From assembly GCF_041886205.1 (NCBI RefSeq), contig NZ_CP169029.1: a stretch of DNA of 64,000 nt. One strand, 5' to 3'. Source of the stretch: Escherichia coli. GTDB taxonomy: Bacteria > Pseudomonadota > Gammaproteobacteria > Enterobacterales > Enterobacteriaceae. The position numbers and the translations under genes were made by a program. Shown piece after piece: positions 1 to 13,284 of this stretch (the first letter of the stretch is position 1; each line of letters starts with the position of its first letter). The notes under the pieces are model-generated. The model searched no databases, had not been told where the DNA came from, and saw only the letters and a program-made list of their open reading frames with translations.

Positions 1-1626
<1,626 letters not shown>

Positions 1627-1627
1627 G

Positions 1628-1846
1628 ATGGAAAAAGAGCAGCTGATTGAAATAGCCAATACGATAATGCCGTTTGGCAAATACAAAGGGCGTCGCTTAA
1701 TCGACCTGCCGGAGGAGTATCTGCTGTGGTTTGCCCGCAAAGATGAGTTCCCGGCAGGGAAGCTCGGTGAGCTAATGCAAATCACGCTGCTGATTAAAAC
1801 CGAGGGGCTGACGCAACTGGTCCAGCCCCTGAAGCGTCCGCTTTAA
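1628..1846 (+). CDS. ypeB: Small DUF3820-family protein YpeB (72 aa)
   Basis: ATG at 1628, one nucleotide after the ligA stop. The 72-aa product MEKEQLIEIANTIMPFGKYKGRRL… matches recalled YpeB; the track ORF from 1535 is an upstream in-frame extension. Confidence 0.8.
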   Translation: MEKEQLIEIANTIMPFGKYKGRRLIDLPEEYLLWFARKDEFPAGKLGELMQITLLIKTEGLTQLVQPLKRPL

Positions 1847-2841
1847 GCTTTATCGGCGCTGCTTTCCTGCTGCGCCTGTAACTGTTCGGTCTGGCGTTTA
1901 TATCGACGCGCCAGCACCGCACAGACCATCAATTGGATCTGATGGAAAATCATCAGGGGCAGCACCATCATACCGATCACCGATGTGGGGAACAGAATGT
2001 TTGCCATCGGGATGCCATTTGCCAGACTCTTTTTCGAACCACAAAAGACGATAGTAATTTCATCTGCTTTATTGAAGCCCAGTCGGCGTGCCATAAAGAC
2101 GTTAACTACAATCACGATAGCCAGAAGAACGCAGCTGACCACCACGATAAACAGCAATGATCCCCAGCCAACTTTATGCCAGATACCATTAACGACGGCT
2201 TCGCTGAACGCTGTATAAACCACCAACAGAATGGACGTCTGGTCAGTTTTCGCAATCCATTTTTTATTGCGCGACACCCAGTCACCAATCCACGGCCGGG
2301 AAAGATGCCCCAACACAAACGGCAGCAGCAGTTGCAGCATAATTTTACCGACCTGCTCAAGGCTGCCCCCTGCACCGTGAACATTCATCACCAGACCAAC
2401 CAGCAATGGTGAAAGGAAAATCCCCAGCAGGCTGGATGCTGACGCAGAACAAACCGCCGCCGCGACGTTACCGCCCGCCATTGACGTGAAGGCGATTGCA
2501 GACTGCACGGTAGCCGGGAGAATGCACAAGTAGAGAAAACCGGAGTAGAGCATCGGGTCGACATTTACCGGTTTCCACCAGGCAAACAGTACACCCAGAA
2601 TCGGAAACAGCACGAAGGTGCTGCACATTACCCACAAATGCAGTCGCCAGTGACCACCGCCAGCAATAATCGCCTCACGCGACAACTTCGCGCCGTGCAT
2701 AAAGAACAGCAGGGCAATAGCTGCGGTGGTCAGATTTTCAAAGAAGGGGACGAAATCGCCTCTGGCCGGAAAGAAAGAGGCCAGCAACACCACCGTGATC
2801 AGGGTTAAGGTGAAAGGATCGAGGATACGAAAAAGTTTCAT
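1843..2841 (-). CDS. yfeH: Bile acid:sodium symporter-family membrane transporter YfeH (332 aa)
   Basis: 332-aa polytopic hydrophobic protein, convergent with ypeB; length and position match K-12 yfeH. Confidence 0.88.
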   Translation of the reverse strand: MKLFRILDPFTLTLITVVLLASFFPARGDFVPFFENLTTAAIALLFFMHGAKLSREAIIAGGGHWRLHLWVMCSTFVLFPILGVLFAWWKPVNVDPMLYSGFLYLCILPATVQSAIAFTSMAGGNVAAAVCSASASSLLGIFLSPLLVGLVMNVHGAGGSLEQVGKIMLQLLLPFVLGHLSRPWIGDWVSRNKKWIAKTDQTSILLVVYTAFSEAVVNGIWHKVGWGSLLFIVVVSCVLLAIVIVVNVFMARRLGFNKADEITIVFCGSKKSLANGIPMANILFPTSVIGMMVLPLMIFHQIQLMVCAVLARRYKRQTEQLQAQQESSADKA

Positions 2842-2930
2842 AAAGACTCCAGATGATCGATGGTTCTATTGTGCTTCTTCCAGTTTGAGAAATAAAATTG
2901 ATTTATTGCATCCATTCATGAAGAAAACAG

Positions 2931-3857
2931 ATGAATTATTCTTTAAAACAATTAAAGGTTTTCGTCACAGTAGCGCAGGAGAAAAGTTTTAGTCGTGCAG
3001 GAGAGCGTATCGGCTTGAGCCAGTCGGCAGTAAGTCACAGTGTGAAGGAGCTGGAAAATCATACTGGTGTTCGCCTGCTGGACAGAACCACGCGTGAAGT
3101 GGTGCTTACAGATGCAGGGCAGCAGTTGGCTTTGCGTCTTGAGCGACTGCTGGATGAACTTAACAGCACGTTGCGCGATACCGGGCGTATGGGGCAACAA
3201 CTGAGCGGAAAAGTTCGGGTCGCTGCCAGCCAGACCATTTCCGCGCATCTTATTCCGCAATGCATTGCTGAAAGCCATCGCCGCTATCCAGATATTCAGT
3301 TTGTCCTGCACGATCGTCCGCAGCAGTGGGTGATGGAAAGTATTCGCCAGGGAGATGTCGACTTTGGCATCGTCATCGATCCAGGCCCAGTGGGCGATCT
3401 GCAATGTGAAGCGATTCTTTCCGAGCCTTTCTTTCTGCTTTGCCATCGCGATAGCGCTTTGGCCGTGGAAGATTATGTACCCTGGCAGGCATTGCAGGGA
3501 GCGAAATTGGTGTTGCAGGATTACGCGTCAGGCAGCCGACCGCTGATTGACGCAGCGCTGGCGCGCAATGGTATTCAGGCGAATATTGTGCAGGAGATTG
3601 GACATCCGGCGACGCTGTTCCCGATGGTAGCCGCAGGCATCGGCATCAGTATTCTTCCCGCACTGGCGCTACCATTGCCTGAAGGTAGCCCACTGGTGGT
3701 AAAGCGCATTACGCCGGTTGTTGAACGCCAGTTGATGCTGGTGCGCAGGAAGAACCGTTCACTTTCCACCGCCGCTGAAGCGTTATGGGACGTGGTACGA
3801 GACCAGGGCAATGCGCTAATGGCTGGTCGGGAAGGGGATCCGTTGTATCAGATATAG
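2931..3857 (+). CDS. yfeR: LysR-family transcriptional regulator YfeR (308 aa)
   Basis: N-terminal LysR-type helix-turn-helix ([38 protein letters not shown]), C-terminal co-inducer domain, divergent from yfeH. Confidence 0.9.
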
Positions 3858-4189
3858 ATATCGATATGAGTCGTTTTTTCAACAGGATTTAGAAGGGATA
3901 CATTCAGAGACAAACGCTGCTCTTTCTCCTGCGCCTTTTCTGCCTGCTGTTTCTGCAACTGCGCCAGTTGTGTTTCCAGTAGGGTGATTTGCTGTTGAAT
4001 CAATTCGGCCTGTTTTTGCTTGTCTTCAGCACTGCCGCTAGTGTCTACAATCTCTTTAATTTGTTGAGTGAGTTTGATGATTTGCTGACTTATCCGCGCG
4101 ATTTGTGAAGCAACATCGCTACCTTGTGATGCCCTGTTACTACTCTGTGTTTGTATGGAAGGAATTGAAGTTGAAGAGATAGTGGCCAT
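3848..4189 (-). CDS. Gln-rich coiled-coil small protein, FlxA-like (113 aa)
   Basis: ORF with a GAGGA Shine-Dalgarno 8 nt upstream of the ATG at 4189. Product is Q/K/E-rich with heptad-like periodicity (…[14 protein letters not shown]…[27 protein letters not shown]), resembling FlxA-family proteins. Its 3' end overlaps yfeR by 10 nt. Confidence 0.55.
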
Positions 4190-4276
4190 TGTTCAGTCCT
4201 CGTCACTGTACGAGGTAATATCGGTAGAAGAACAAGGAACTTGAGAAGAAAAATCAATCTTACAAATCGCAGATAG

Positions 4277-4304
4277 CAAAAAAGCGCCTTTAGGGCGCTT
4301 TTTT
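4277..4304. terminator. Bidirectional Rho-independent terminator (agcgcc-ttta-ggcgct flanked by A and T runs)
   Basis: GC stem 4283-4288/4293-4298, T-run 4299-4304 on plus, A-run 4277-4282 giving a T-run on minus; lies between the tRNA operon end and the FlxA-like ORF. Confidence 0.6.
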
Positions 4305-4308
4305 ACAT

Positions 4309-4384
4309 TGGTGGGTCGTGCAGGATTCGAACCTGCGACCAATTGATTAAAAGTCAACTGCTCTACCAACTGAGCTAACGACCC
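4309..4384 (-). tRNA. lysV: tRNA-Lys (anticodon UUU)
   Basis: Reverse complement reads GGGTCGTTAGCTCAGTTGGTAGAGCAGTTGACTTTTAATCAATTGGTCGCAGGTTCGAATCCTGCACGACCCACCA; anticodon loop carries TTT. Confidence 0.95.
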
Positions 4385-4388
4385 GAAG

Positions 4389-4464
4389 TGGTGGGTGATG
4401 ACGGGATCGAACCGCCGACCCCCTCCTTGTAAGGGAGGTGCTCTCCCAGCTGAGCTAATCACCC
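4389..4464 (-). tRNA. valY: tRNA-Val (anticodon UAC), copy 1
   Basis: Reverse complement reads GGGTGATTAGCTCAGCTGGGAGAGCACCTCCCTTACAAGGAGGGGGTCGGCGGTTCGATCCCGTCATCACCCACCA. Confidence 0.95.
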
Positions 4465-4510
4465 ACTTCGGTACTTCACATTTTTACAAGAAATTTAGCT
4501 GGCGAAAAAG

Positions 4511-4586
4511 TGGTGGGTGATGACGGGATCGAACCGCCGACCCCCTCCTTGTAAGGGAGGTGCTCTCCCAGCTGAGCTAATCACCC
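4511..4586 (-). tRNA. valX: tRNA-Val (anticodon UAC), copy 2
   Basis: Identical 76-nt tRNA-Val sequence repeated. Confidence 0.95.
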
Positions 4587-4630
4587 ACTTCTCAATTTCT
4601 TGCTACACGGCGGAGACTACATAAAGTAGT

Positions 4631-4706
4631 TGGTGGGTGATGACGGGATCGAACCGCCGACCCCCTCCTTGTAAGGGAGGTGCTCTCCCAGCTGAGCTAA
4701 TCACCC
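4631..4706 (-). tRNA. valU: tRNA-Val (anticodon UAC), copy 3
   Basis: Identical 76-nt tRNA-Val sequence repeated; first gene of the valU-valX-valY-lysV operon on the minus strand. Confidence 0.95.
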
Positions 4707-4964
4707 CCGCTGTGTGGAGTCGCATTATAGGGAGAGTTCAAAATGAGTCAACGCATTTTCTAAAGAAATTGTTCGTTCGTCGTAAATTTAAGCAAGATGA
4801 TCGCAAAACAGACCGTGTTGCGCAATTTGTCAACGAAAACAATAATGCGTAAGGTAGAAACCCGAACTACATTGAGGAATCAGGCGGGAGTGATAGAATA
4901 TCGCCCACTCAATTTTTCCAGGATTTGCCGGTTGTCGGCATCTTTCTAAACGTAAGGCCATTTC

Positions 4965-6380
4965 ATGAAAATCAAAACTCGCTTCGCGCCAAGCCCAACA
5001 GGCTATCTGCACGTTGGCGGCGCGCGTACTGCTCTTTACTCCTGGCTTTTTGCACGTAACCACGGCGGTGAGTTCGTGCTGCGTATTGAAGACACCGATC
5101 TTGAGCGTTCCACGCCGGAAGCTATCGAAGCCATTATGGATGGCATGAACTGGCTGAGCCTGGAGTGGGATGAAGGTCCGTACTACCAGACCAAACGTTT
5201 TGATCGCTACAACGCGGTGATCGATCAGATGCTGGAAGAGGGCACTGCTTATAAATGCTATTGCTCTAAAGAGCGCCTGGAAGCGCTGCGCGAAGAGCAA
5301 ATGGCGAAAGGTGAGAAGCCGCGTTATGACGGTCGCTGCCGCCACAGCCATGAGCATCACGCTGATGATGAACCGTGCGTTGTACGTTTTGCTAACCCGC
5401 AGGAAGGTTCTGTTGTTTTTGACGATCAGATCCGTGGTCCGATCGAGTTCAGCAACCAAGAGCTGGACGATCTTATTATCCGCCGTACCGATGGTTCCCC
5501 AACCTATAACTTCTGTGTGGTTGTCGATGACTGGGATATGGAAATCACCCACGTTATCCGTGGCGAAGACCATATCAACAACACGCCACGCCAGATCAAC
5601 ATTCTTAAGGCCCTGAAAGCGCCGGTGCCGGTTTACGCGCACGTTTCTATGATCAACGGCGATGACGGTAAAAAACTGTCCAAACGTCACGGGGCGGTCA
5701 GCGTAATGCAGTATCGTGATGACGGTTATTTGCCAGAAGCACTGCTGAACTATCTGGTGCGTCTGGGCTGGTCCCACGGCGATCAGGAAATCTTCACTCG
5801 TGAAGAGATGATCAAATACTTCACCCTGAATGCCGTCAGCAAATCTGCCAGTGCGTTCAACACCGACAAGCTGCTGTGGCTGAACCATCACTACATTAAC
5901 GCGCTGCCGCCGGAGTATGTTGCTACTCATTTACAGTGGCACATTGAGCAGGAAAATATCGATACCCGTAACGGCCCGCAGCTGGCTGATCTGGTGAAAT
6001 TGCTGGGCGAACGCTGCAAGACGCTGAAAGAGATGGCACAGAGCTGCCGTTATTTCTACGAAGATTTTGCTGAGTTCGATGCCGACGCCGCGAAAAAACA
6101 TCTGCGTCCGGTAGCGCGTCAGCCGCTGGAAGTAGTTCGTGACAAACTGGCCGCGATTACTGACTGGACCGCTGAAAACGTTCATCACGCTATTCAGGCG
6201 ACGGCGGATGAGCTGGAAGTGGGTATGGGTAAAGTTGGTATGCCGCTGCGTGTCGCCGTAACCGGTGCGGGGCAGTCTCCGGCACTGGATGTTACCGTTC
6301 ACGCAATTGGTAGGACCCGCAGTATCGAGCGTATCAACAAAGCGCTGGCTTTTATTGCTGAACGCGAAAATCAGCAGTAA
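4965..6380 (+). CDS. gltX: Glutamyl-tRNA synthetase (471 aa)
   Basis: Class I aaRS signature [12 protein letters not shown] (HIGH-type) and KLSKR (KMSKS-type) present; length matches GltX. Confidence 0.95.
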   Translation: MKIKTRFAPSPTGYLHVGGARTALYSWLFARNHGGEFVLRIEDTDLERSTPEAIEAIMDGMNWLSLEWDEGPYYQTKRFDRYNAVIDQMLEEGTAYKCYCSKERLEALREEQMAKGEKPRYDGRCRHSHEHHADDEPCVVRFANPQEGSVVFDDQIRGPIEFSNQELDDLIIRRTDGSPTYNFCVVVDDWDMEITHVIRGEDHINNTPRQINILKALKAPVPVYAHVSMINGDDGKKLSKRHGAVSVMQYRDDGYLPEALLNYLVRLGWSHGDQEIFTREEMIKYFTLNAVSKSASAFNTDKLLWLNHHYINALPPEYVATHLQWHIEQENIDTRNGPQLADLVKLLGERCKTLKEMAQSCRYFYEDFAEFDADAAKKHLRPVARQPLEVVRDKLAAITDWTAENVHHAIQATADELEVGMGKVGMPLRVAVTGAGQSPALDVTVHAIGRTRSIERINKALAFIAERENQQ

Positions 6381-6398
6381 TTAGCGCATAAAAGATAA

Positions 6399-6428
6399 AC
6401 GGCAGGAGATAATATCCTGCCGTTTTTT
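6399..6428. terminator. Rho-independent terminator between gltX and yfeD
   Basis: Hairpin acggcagga…tcctgccgt followed by TTTTTT (6422-6427). Confidence 0.6.
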
Positions 6429-6430
6429 AT

Positions 6431-6823
6431 TTATGCTGATTCGTCAATATCGAGACGGGCGAGGAAATTGCGAATTCCTTCACGTGACAAAAATTGCGCG
6501 ACTTTTTCCTGCTCAATGTCTGTCATATTATCTATCGCGTTGATGATTTGTCGATACGCCGGGGCGCGTGCTCCAGGAGCGTATTCAGCAATTCTCTCTT
6601 CAGCTTCCATCAACATCGGTGTGTTATGGAAGGCTGGCGTGTTCTGAATAAACTCGCAAACTTGCGTATCGACCAGAATAAGTCTGGCACGACCGCCTTT
6701 CACGCCGGGAAATTTTTCCGTTTTCCAGCCTTTTTCTCTGATCCAACGGTTAACAGTTTGTTTAGCCACACCGAGGCATTCAGCCAGTTCTTCGGTGGTC
6801 ATTTTATTGCGTAATCTTTTCAT
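6431..6823 (-). CDS. yfeD: Putative DNA-binding protein YfeD (130 aa)
   Basis: 130-aa ORF with an N-terminal HTH-like segment (ELAECLGVAKQTVNRWIREKGW); paralogous to the adjacent yfeC. Confidence 0.82.
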   Translation of the reverse strand: MKRLRNKMTTEELAECLGVAKQTVNRWIREKGWKTEKFPGVKGGRARLILVDTQVCEFIQNTPAFHNTPMLMEAEERIAEYAPGARAPAYRQIINAIDNMTDIEQEKVAQFLSREGIRNFLARLDIDESA

Positions 6824-6824
6824 A

Positions 6825-7184
6825 TTATTTGCTATCGCGAATCCCTAAGCGTTGTAACAATCCGATAATCCCTTCCCGCAGAAGCAAGGATGTAAACTGT
6901 TTTTGTTCAACTGGCGTCATCTCTTTCGCCAGTGTCACCAGCAATACTTCAAGCGGCGCATCACCAGAAAGGGCAGGCGCTTCTCCCTGACCTTCTGGAC
7001 GTTCAGCATTACGAATATATTCACGAACCTGTTCATTGACGTGAACCAGTCGGGCTTTGCCACCCTGGACGCCTGGTTTTGGTGACGTCGTCCAGCCTTC
7101 CTTGCGTACCCATTTATTAATGGTCTGGCGGCTATAGCCGGTCAGTCTGGCAAGTTCATCTGGCGTCATCCTCTCCTTGAACAT
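6825..7184 (-). CDS. yfeC: Putative DNA-binding protein YfeC (114-119 aa)
   Basis: HTH-like N-terminus (ELARLTGYSRQTINKWVRKEGW) similar to YfeD. Start is either 7184 or the internal ATG at 7169, which gives the 114-aa K-12 form. Confidence 0.82.
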   Translation of the reverse strand: MFKERMTPDELARLTGYSRQTINKWVRKEGWTTSPKPGVQGGKARLVHVNEQVREYIRNAERPEGQGEAPALSGDAPLEVLLVTLAKEMTPVEQKQFTSLLLREGIIGLLQRLGIRDSK

Positions 7185-7404
7185 AACAATTCCCTGAATG
7201 TATGTGGGTCTATTAGTAGTTCATTTTATAACACCACTTTACAGGAAACCGTGACATGAATAACTACTGAATGCGAGCGGTTTTCCAAAATTGTTCATTT
7301 GCCTGATTTTTCAGCGATTGAAACTACACGCTGCAATTTGCCGTTGACACATTCGGGCGGAATTCATATGATGCCGCCCGTCAACTCGACAAGCTTTACG
7401 TGAC

Positions 7405-7480
<76 letters not shown>

Positions 7481-7489
7481 AATTTCCAA

Positions 7490-7516
7490 CCCTCGCTGCA
7501 AAGCGGGGGTTTTTTG
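7490..7516 (+). terminator. Rho-independent terminator after tRNA-Ala
   Basis: ccctcgct-gcaa-agcggggg hairpin followed by TTTTTT. Confidence 0.6.
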
Positions 7517-7687
7517 TCTCTGCTTTTTGCCGCTTTTGTAATACAGTCTACGTCCGGGTTAGCGCCGCCTGGTGAAAGCATCATTGGATGAAAAATCGGC
7601 AACAGGCTGGCCCCTGTTTGCTTCGCGATGCGAATAAACTTATTATTTGTGTGCCTGAAAACCCCGATCAGTGAGAGTAGTGTACTC

Positions 7688-9877
7688 ATGTTTGTGGAGC
7701 ATAACCTGATAAAAAATATCAAGATATTCACACTAGCGTTTACGCTCACCGTGGTACTTATTCAGCTATCCCGTTTTATTTCGCCACTTGCCATTATCCA
7801 TTCCAGTTATATCTTTCTGGCGTGGATGCCACTGTGCGTAATGCTGTCAATCTTGTTTATCTTTGGCTGGCGCGGTGTCGTTCCCGTTTTATGCGGGATG
7901 TTTTGCACCAATCTGTGGAACTTTCATCTCTCTTTTTTACAGACTGCGGTCATGCTCGGTAGCCAGACGTTTGTCGTGTTGTGTGCCTGCGCAATATTAC
8001 GCTGGCAGCTGGGGACGCGTTGGCGTTATGGATTGACCAGCCGATATGTCTGGCAACGTCTGTTCTGGCTTGGTTTGGTGACGCCGATCGGCATCAAATG
8101 CAGCATGTATCTTGTGGGGAGCTTCTTTGATTTCCCGCTAAAGATATCCACCTTTTTCGGCGATGCGGATGCCATTTTCACGGTTGTTGATTTACTAAGC
8201 CTTTTCACCGCTGTGCTGATTTACAACATGCTTTTCTACTATCTCACTCGCATGATTGTAAGTCCCCACTTTGCGCAGATATTGTGGCGCAGGGATATCG
8301 CGCCGTCGTTGGGCAAAGAGAAACGCGCATTTACCTTAAGCTGGCTGGCAGCGTTAAGCGTGCTGCTACTTCTGTTGTGCACACCTTATGAAAACGACTT
8401 TATTGCCGGTTACCTGGTACCCGTTTTCTTCATCATCTTTACCCTCGGGGTCGGTAAGCTTCGCTATCCGTTTTTAAATCTCACCTGGGCTGTTTCAACG
8501 CTTTGCCTTCTGAATTACAACCAGAACTTTTTGCAAGGGGTGGAAACCGAATATTCGCTGGCATTTATTCTCGCGGTGCTGATTTCCTTTAGCGTTTGCC
8601 TGCTCTATATGGTGCGCATTTATCATCGCAGTGAATGGCTTAATCGCCGCTGGCATTTGCAGGCGCTGACAGATCCGTTAACGCTCCTACCCAACTTTCG
8701 TGCGTTGGAACAAGCGCCGGAGCAAGAGGCGGGCAAGAGTTTTTGCTGCCTGCGCATTGATAATCTTGAGTTTATGAGTCGTCATTACGGCTTAATGATG
8801 CGCGTTCACTGTATCCGCTCAATTTGCCGTACGCTGCTGCCGTTGATGCAGGAAAACGAAAAGTTATATCAATTGCCTGGTAGTGAACTGCTGTTAGTGC
8901 TGAGCGGGCCGGAAACGGAAGGGCGACTCCAGCATATGGTTAACATCCTGAATAGTCGGCAAATTCACTGGAACAATACCGGGCTGGATATGGGCTATGG
9001 TGCTGCCTGGGGGCGTTTTGATGGAAATCAGGAAACCCTGCAACCCTTGTTGGGGCAGTTAAGCTGGCTGGCGGAGCAATCCTGCGCACAACATCATGTG
9101 CTGGCGCTGGATAGCAGAGAGGAGATGGTTTCCGGGCAGACCACTAAACAAGTGCTATTGCTGAATACCATTCGCGCGGCGTTAGATCAGGGGGATTTGC
9201 TGCTCTACGCCCAGCCCATTCGCAACAAAGAGGGTGAAGGTTATGATGAGATCCTCGCGCGACTGAAATATGACGGCGGCATTATGACCCCGGATAAGTT
9301 TCTGCCCCTTATTGCTCAGTTTAACCTTAGCGCGCGTTTTGATTTGCAAGTGCTGGAATCCCTGTTGAAGTGGCTTGCAACACACCCTTGCGACAAAAAA
9401 GGTCCACGCTTTTCAGTCAATTTAATGCCGCTCACGCTGCTGCAAAAGAATATTGCCGGGCGGATTATTCGTCTATTTAAGCGTTATCACATCTCCCCGC
9501 AGGCGGTCATTCTTGAGATCACCGAGGAGCAGGCGTTTTCTAACGCAGAAAGCAGCATGTACAACATCGAGCAGCTGCATAAGTTTGGTTTCCGGATTGC
9601 GATTGATGACTTTGGCACCGGCTATGCCAACTACGAACGGTTAAAGCGTTTGCAGGCTGATATCATCAAAATTGATGGCGTCTTTGTGAAAGATATCGTC
9701 ACGAACACGCTGGATGCGATGATTGTGAGATCAATTACCGATCTGGCGAAAGCGAAGTCATTGAGTGTGGTCGCGGAGTTTGTCGAGACGCAACAGCAGC
9801 AGGCGCTATTGCATAAGCTCGGGGTGCAATATCTGCAAGGGTATTTGATTGGTCGCCCGCAGCCATTAGCTGATTAA
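7688..9877 (+). CDS. pdeA: c-di-GMP phosphodiesterase PdeA (YfeA): MASE1 membrane domain, degenerate GGDEF, EAL (729 aa)
   Basis: N-terminal half is polytopic membrane (MASE1-like); C-terminal EAL signature (…QPIRNKEG…DDFGTGYANYERL…). Start taken at MFVEHNLIKN (7688), 20 codons inside the track ORF. Confidence 0.88.
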   Translation: MFVEHNLIKNIKIFTLAFTLTVVLIQLSRFISPLAIIHSSYIFLAWMPLCVMLSILFIFGWRGVVPVLCGMFCTNLWNFHLSFLQTAVMLGSQTFVVLCACAILRWQLGTRWRYGLTSRYVWQRLFWLGLVTPIGIKCSMYLVGSFFDFPLKISTFFGDADAIFTVVDLLSLFTAVLIYNMLFYYLTRMIVSPHFAQILWRRDIAPSLGKEKRAFTLSWLAALSVLLLLLCTPYENDFIAGYLVPVFFIIFTLGVGKLRYPFLNLTWAVSTLCLLNYNQNFLQGVETEYSLAFILAVLISFSVCLLYMVRIYHRSEWLNRRWHLQALTDPLTLLPNFRALEQAPEQEAGKSFCCLRIDNLEFMSRHYGLMMRVHCIRSICRTLLPLMQENEKLYQLPGSELLLVLSGPETEGRLQHMVNILNSRQIHWNNTGLDMGYGAAWGRFDGNQETLQPLLGQLSWLAEQSCAQHHVLALDSREEMVSGQTTKQVLLLNTIRAALDQGDLLLYAQPIRNKEGEGYDEILARLKYDGGIMTPDKFLPLIAQFNLSARFDLQVLESLLKWLATHPCDKKGPRFSVNLMPLTLLQKNIAGRIIRLFKRYHISPQAVILEITEEQAFSNAESSMYNIEQLHKFGFRIAIDDFGTGYANYERLKRLQADIIKIDGVFVKDIVTNTLDAMIVRSITDLAKAKSLSVVAEFVETQQQQALLHKLGVQYLQGYLIGRPQPLAD

Positions 9878-9884
9878 CAGGCGT

Positions 9885-9917
9885 AAAAAAGCCGGGGAAT
9901 TATCCCCGGCTTTTTTA
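9885..9917. terminator. Bidirectional Rho-independent terminator between pdeA and nupC
   Basis: aaaaaa-gccgggga-atta-tccccggc-tttttt; A-run and T-run on both sides serve the convergent genes. Confidence 0.7.
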
Positions 9918-9926
9918 TGTATGGTC

Positions 9927-11129
9927 TTACAGCACCAGTGCTGCGATTGACGCCGACAGCACACTCACCAGGGTAGAGCCGTAAACCAGTTTCAGACCGA
10001 AGCGAGAAACCACGTTACCTTGCTCTTCATTCAGGCCTTTAACTGCACCTGCGATAATCCCGATTGAAGAGAAGTTAGCGAAGGAAACCAGGAACACAGA
10101 GATGATGCCTTCAGCACGCGGAGAGAGCGTGGAAGCAATTTTCTGCAGATCCATCATCGCAACGAACTCGTTGGAAACCAGTTTGGTCGCCATGATACTG
10201 CCCACTTGCAGTGCTTCACTGGAAGGAACACCCATCACCCATGCAATCGGATAGAAGATGTAGCCCAGGATGCCCTGGAAGGAGATGCTGTAGCCAAACC
10301 AGCCAGTCACAGTAGCAAACAGTGCGTTCAGTGCGGCGATCAGGGCGATAAAGCCGATCAGCATCGCGGCAACGATAATGGCAACCTTGAAACCTGCCAG
10401 AATGTATTCACCCAGCATTTCGAAGAAGCTCTGACCTTCGTGCAGGTTGGACATCTGAATGTTTTCTTCACTGGCATCAACACGGTAAGGGTTGATCAGC
10501 GACAGCACGATAAAGGTGCTGAACATGTTCAGTACCAGCGCCGCAACGACATATTTCGGCTCCAGCATGGTCATGTATGCACCAACGATGGACATAGATA
10601 CGGTGGACATCGCCGTTGCTGCCATGGTGTACATACGATTGCGGGAGATTTTGCCGAGGATGTCTTTATAGGCAATAAAGTTTTCAGACTGACCCAGAAT
10701 CAGGGAGCTGACGGCGTTAAAGGATTCCAGTTTGCCCATGCCGTTGACTTTGGAGAGCAGGAAACCAATTGCGCGGATAATCACCGGCAACACGCGAATG
10801 TGCTGGAGAATACCGATCAGTGCAGAGATAAAGACGATTGGGCACAGCACTTTCAGGAAGAAGAATGCCAGGCCTTGATCATTCATGCTACCAAAGACGA
10901 AGTTAGTCCCTTCGTTGGCAAATCCGAGCAGTTTTTCGAACATTTCGGAGAAGCCTTTCACGAAGCCTAAACCAACGTCGGAGTTCAGGAAGAACCACGC
11001 CAGTAACACTTCGATAACAAGCAGTTGAATAACATAACGGATACGAATTTTTTTGCGGTCGCTGCTTACCAGCAGTGCGAGAATCGCAACAACGGCAAGT
11101 GCCAGTACAAAATGAAGGACGCGGTCCAT
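9927..11129 (-). CDS. nupC: Nucleoside:H+ symporter NupC (400 aa)
   Basis: Concentrative nucleoside transporter family membrane protein; start taken at [10 protein letters not shown] (11129) inside the longer track ORF. Confidence 0.92.
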
Positions 11130-11396
11130 ATTTGCTCCAAATATGAGGCAGGTTAAATTTCCGTGCACATTCTATGTAACATGGTTAAGGAAAACGAGAT
11201 CTGACACACACTATAATGACGTCCTGTGACAAGCTTCAAAAATAGTGATCTGTCATACATTTCTGCTATGTTGTGTATGGGAGCTGAAAGTTATGTAAAT
11301 GTGCTAACATTAAACATAACCATAACATTCAAGTCATCAATCTTTTCGTAGTCATAATCCTGGTCTATCAAAGAAATCACCACAACCCATTTAAAT

Positions 11397-11415
11397 GAAT
11401 TTGATAATCATTCTC
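11397..11415. promoter_or_regulatory. Fur-box-like sequence in the mntH promoter (gaatttgataatcattctc)
   Basis: Close match to the Fur consensus GATAATGATAATCATTATC, ~50 bp upstream of mntH. Confidence 0.55.
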
Positions 11416-11430
11416 GTTTGGCATAGCATG

Positions 11431-11452
11431 AAACATAGCAAAGGCTATGTTT
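11431..11452. promoter_or_regulatory. MntR operator (AAACATAGC-aaag-GCTATGTTT)
   Basis: Perfect 9-bp inverted repeat with 4-bp spacer, 13 bp upstream of the mntH start; matches the described MntR box. Confidence 0.75.
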
Positions 11453-11455
11453 TAG

Positions 11456-12703
<1,248 letters not shown>

Positions 12704-12726
12704 TTGAATGAGCGTCGCATCTGGCA

Positions 12727-12820
<94 letters not shown>

Positions 12821-12843
12821 TTGTGCTCCATTGGCGAATGTGT

Positions 12844-13170
12844 TTAATGGCGGTGTCCATGTCCGCGGCCTTTTCCGCGATGATCGTCACGATCGCGCCA
12901 GCCTTCACGATAGCCACGCTCATACGTTTTACGCTTATCCCAGCCACGATGGTAGCCATTATCATGACGCCACCAGCGGTTTTTACGCCATTCATAATTG
13001 CGATGCCAGTAATCACGATCTCGCCAGTGACCACCGTCCCAGTAATTACCGTAATGATCGCGATCGCCAATTTGTAATTTGATTGATGGCAGTAGGGTGA
13101 TTTCACCTGCGTTTGCCGCAAGCGGGGTAAATGCCATCAGGGCGGCCGCCAGAAACAGTGACCTGAACAT
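12844..13170 (-). CDS. ypeC: Secreted DUF2502-family protein YpeC (108 aa)
   Basis: Signal peptide ([21 protein letters not shown]) followed by an R/D/H/W/Y-rich low-complexity tail (…[28 protein letters not shown]…). Confidence 0.8.
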   Translation of the reverse strand: MFRSLFLAAALMAFTPLAANAGEITLLPSIKLQIGDRDHYGNYWDGGHWRDRDYWHRNYEWRKNRWWRHDNGYHRGWDKRKTYERGYREGWRDRDDHRGKGRGHGHRH

Positions 13171-13284
13171 TGTTATTCTCCTTCACGATCGAAGCCGTCA
13201 GCGGCCTGTTAACGCAATATTACGGGGAGGTAAAGCCCCGTATCATCGCCATAACTCTTAAATCATAAAGGAGAGCATTTTTTG

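Noticed and set aside
4193..4852. Track ORFs 4193..4462 (-) and 4637..4852 (+) across the tRNA cluster
   Set aside because: They are translations of the tRNA-Val/Lys genes and spacers; the products are low-complexity and the DNA is fully explained by four tRNAs.
4830..5930. 366-aa ORF antisense to gltX
   Set aside because: Lies entirely within and antisense to the well-supported gltX frame; typical GC-rich shadow ORF.
10206..10970. 254-aa ORF antisense to nupC
   Set aside because: Shadow ORF; His/Gln/Asp-rich translation without membrane or domain character.
12823..13082. Two plus-strand ORFs (84 and 83 aa) inside ypeC
   Set aside because: Generated by the repetitive low-complexity ypeC coding sequence read in other frames.
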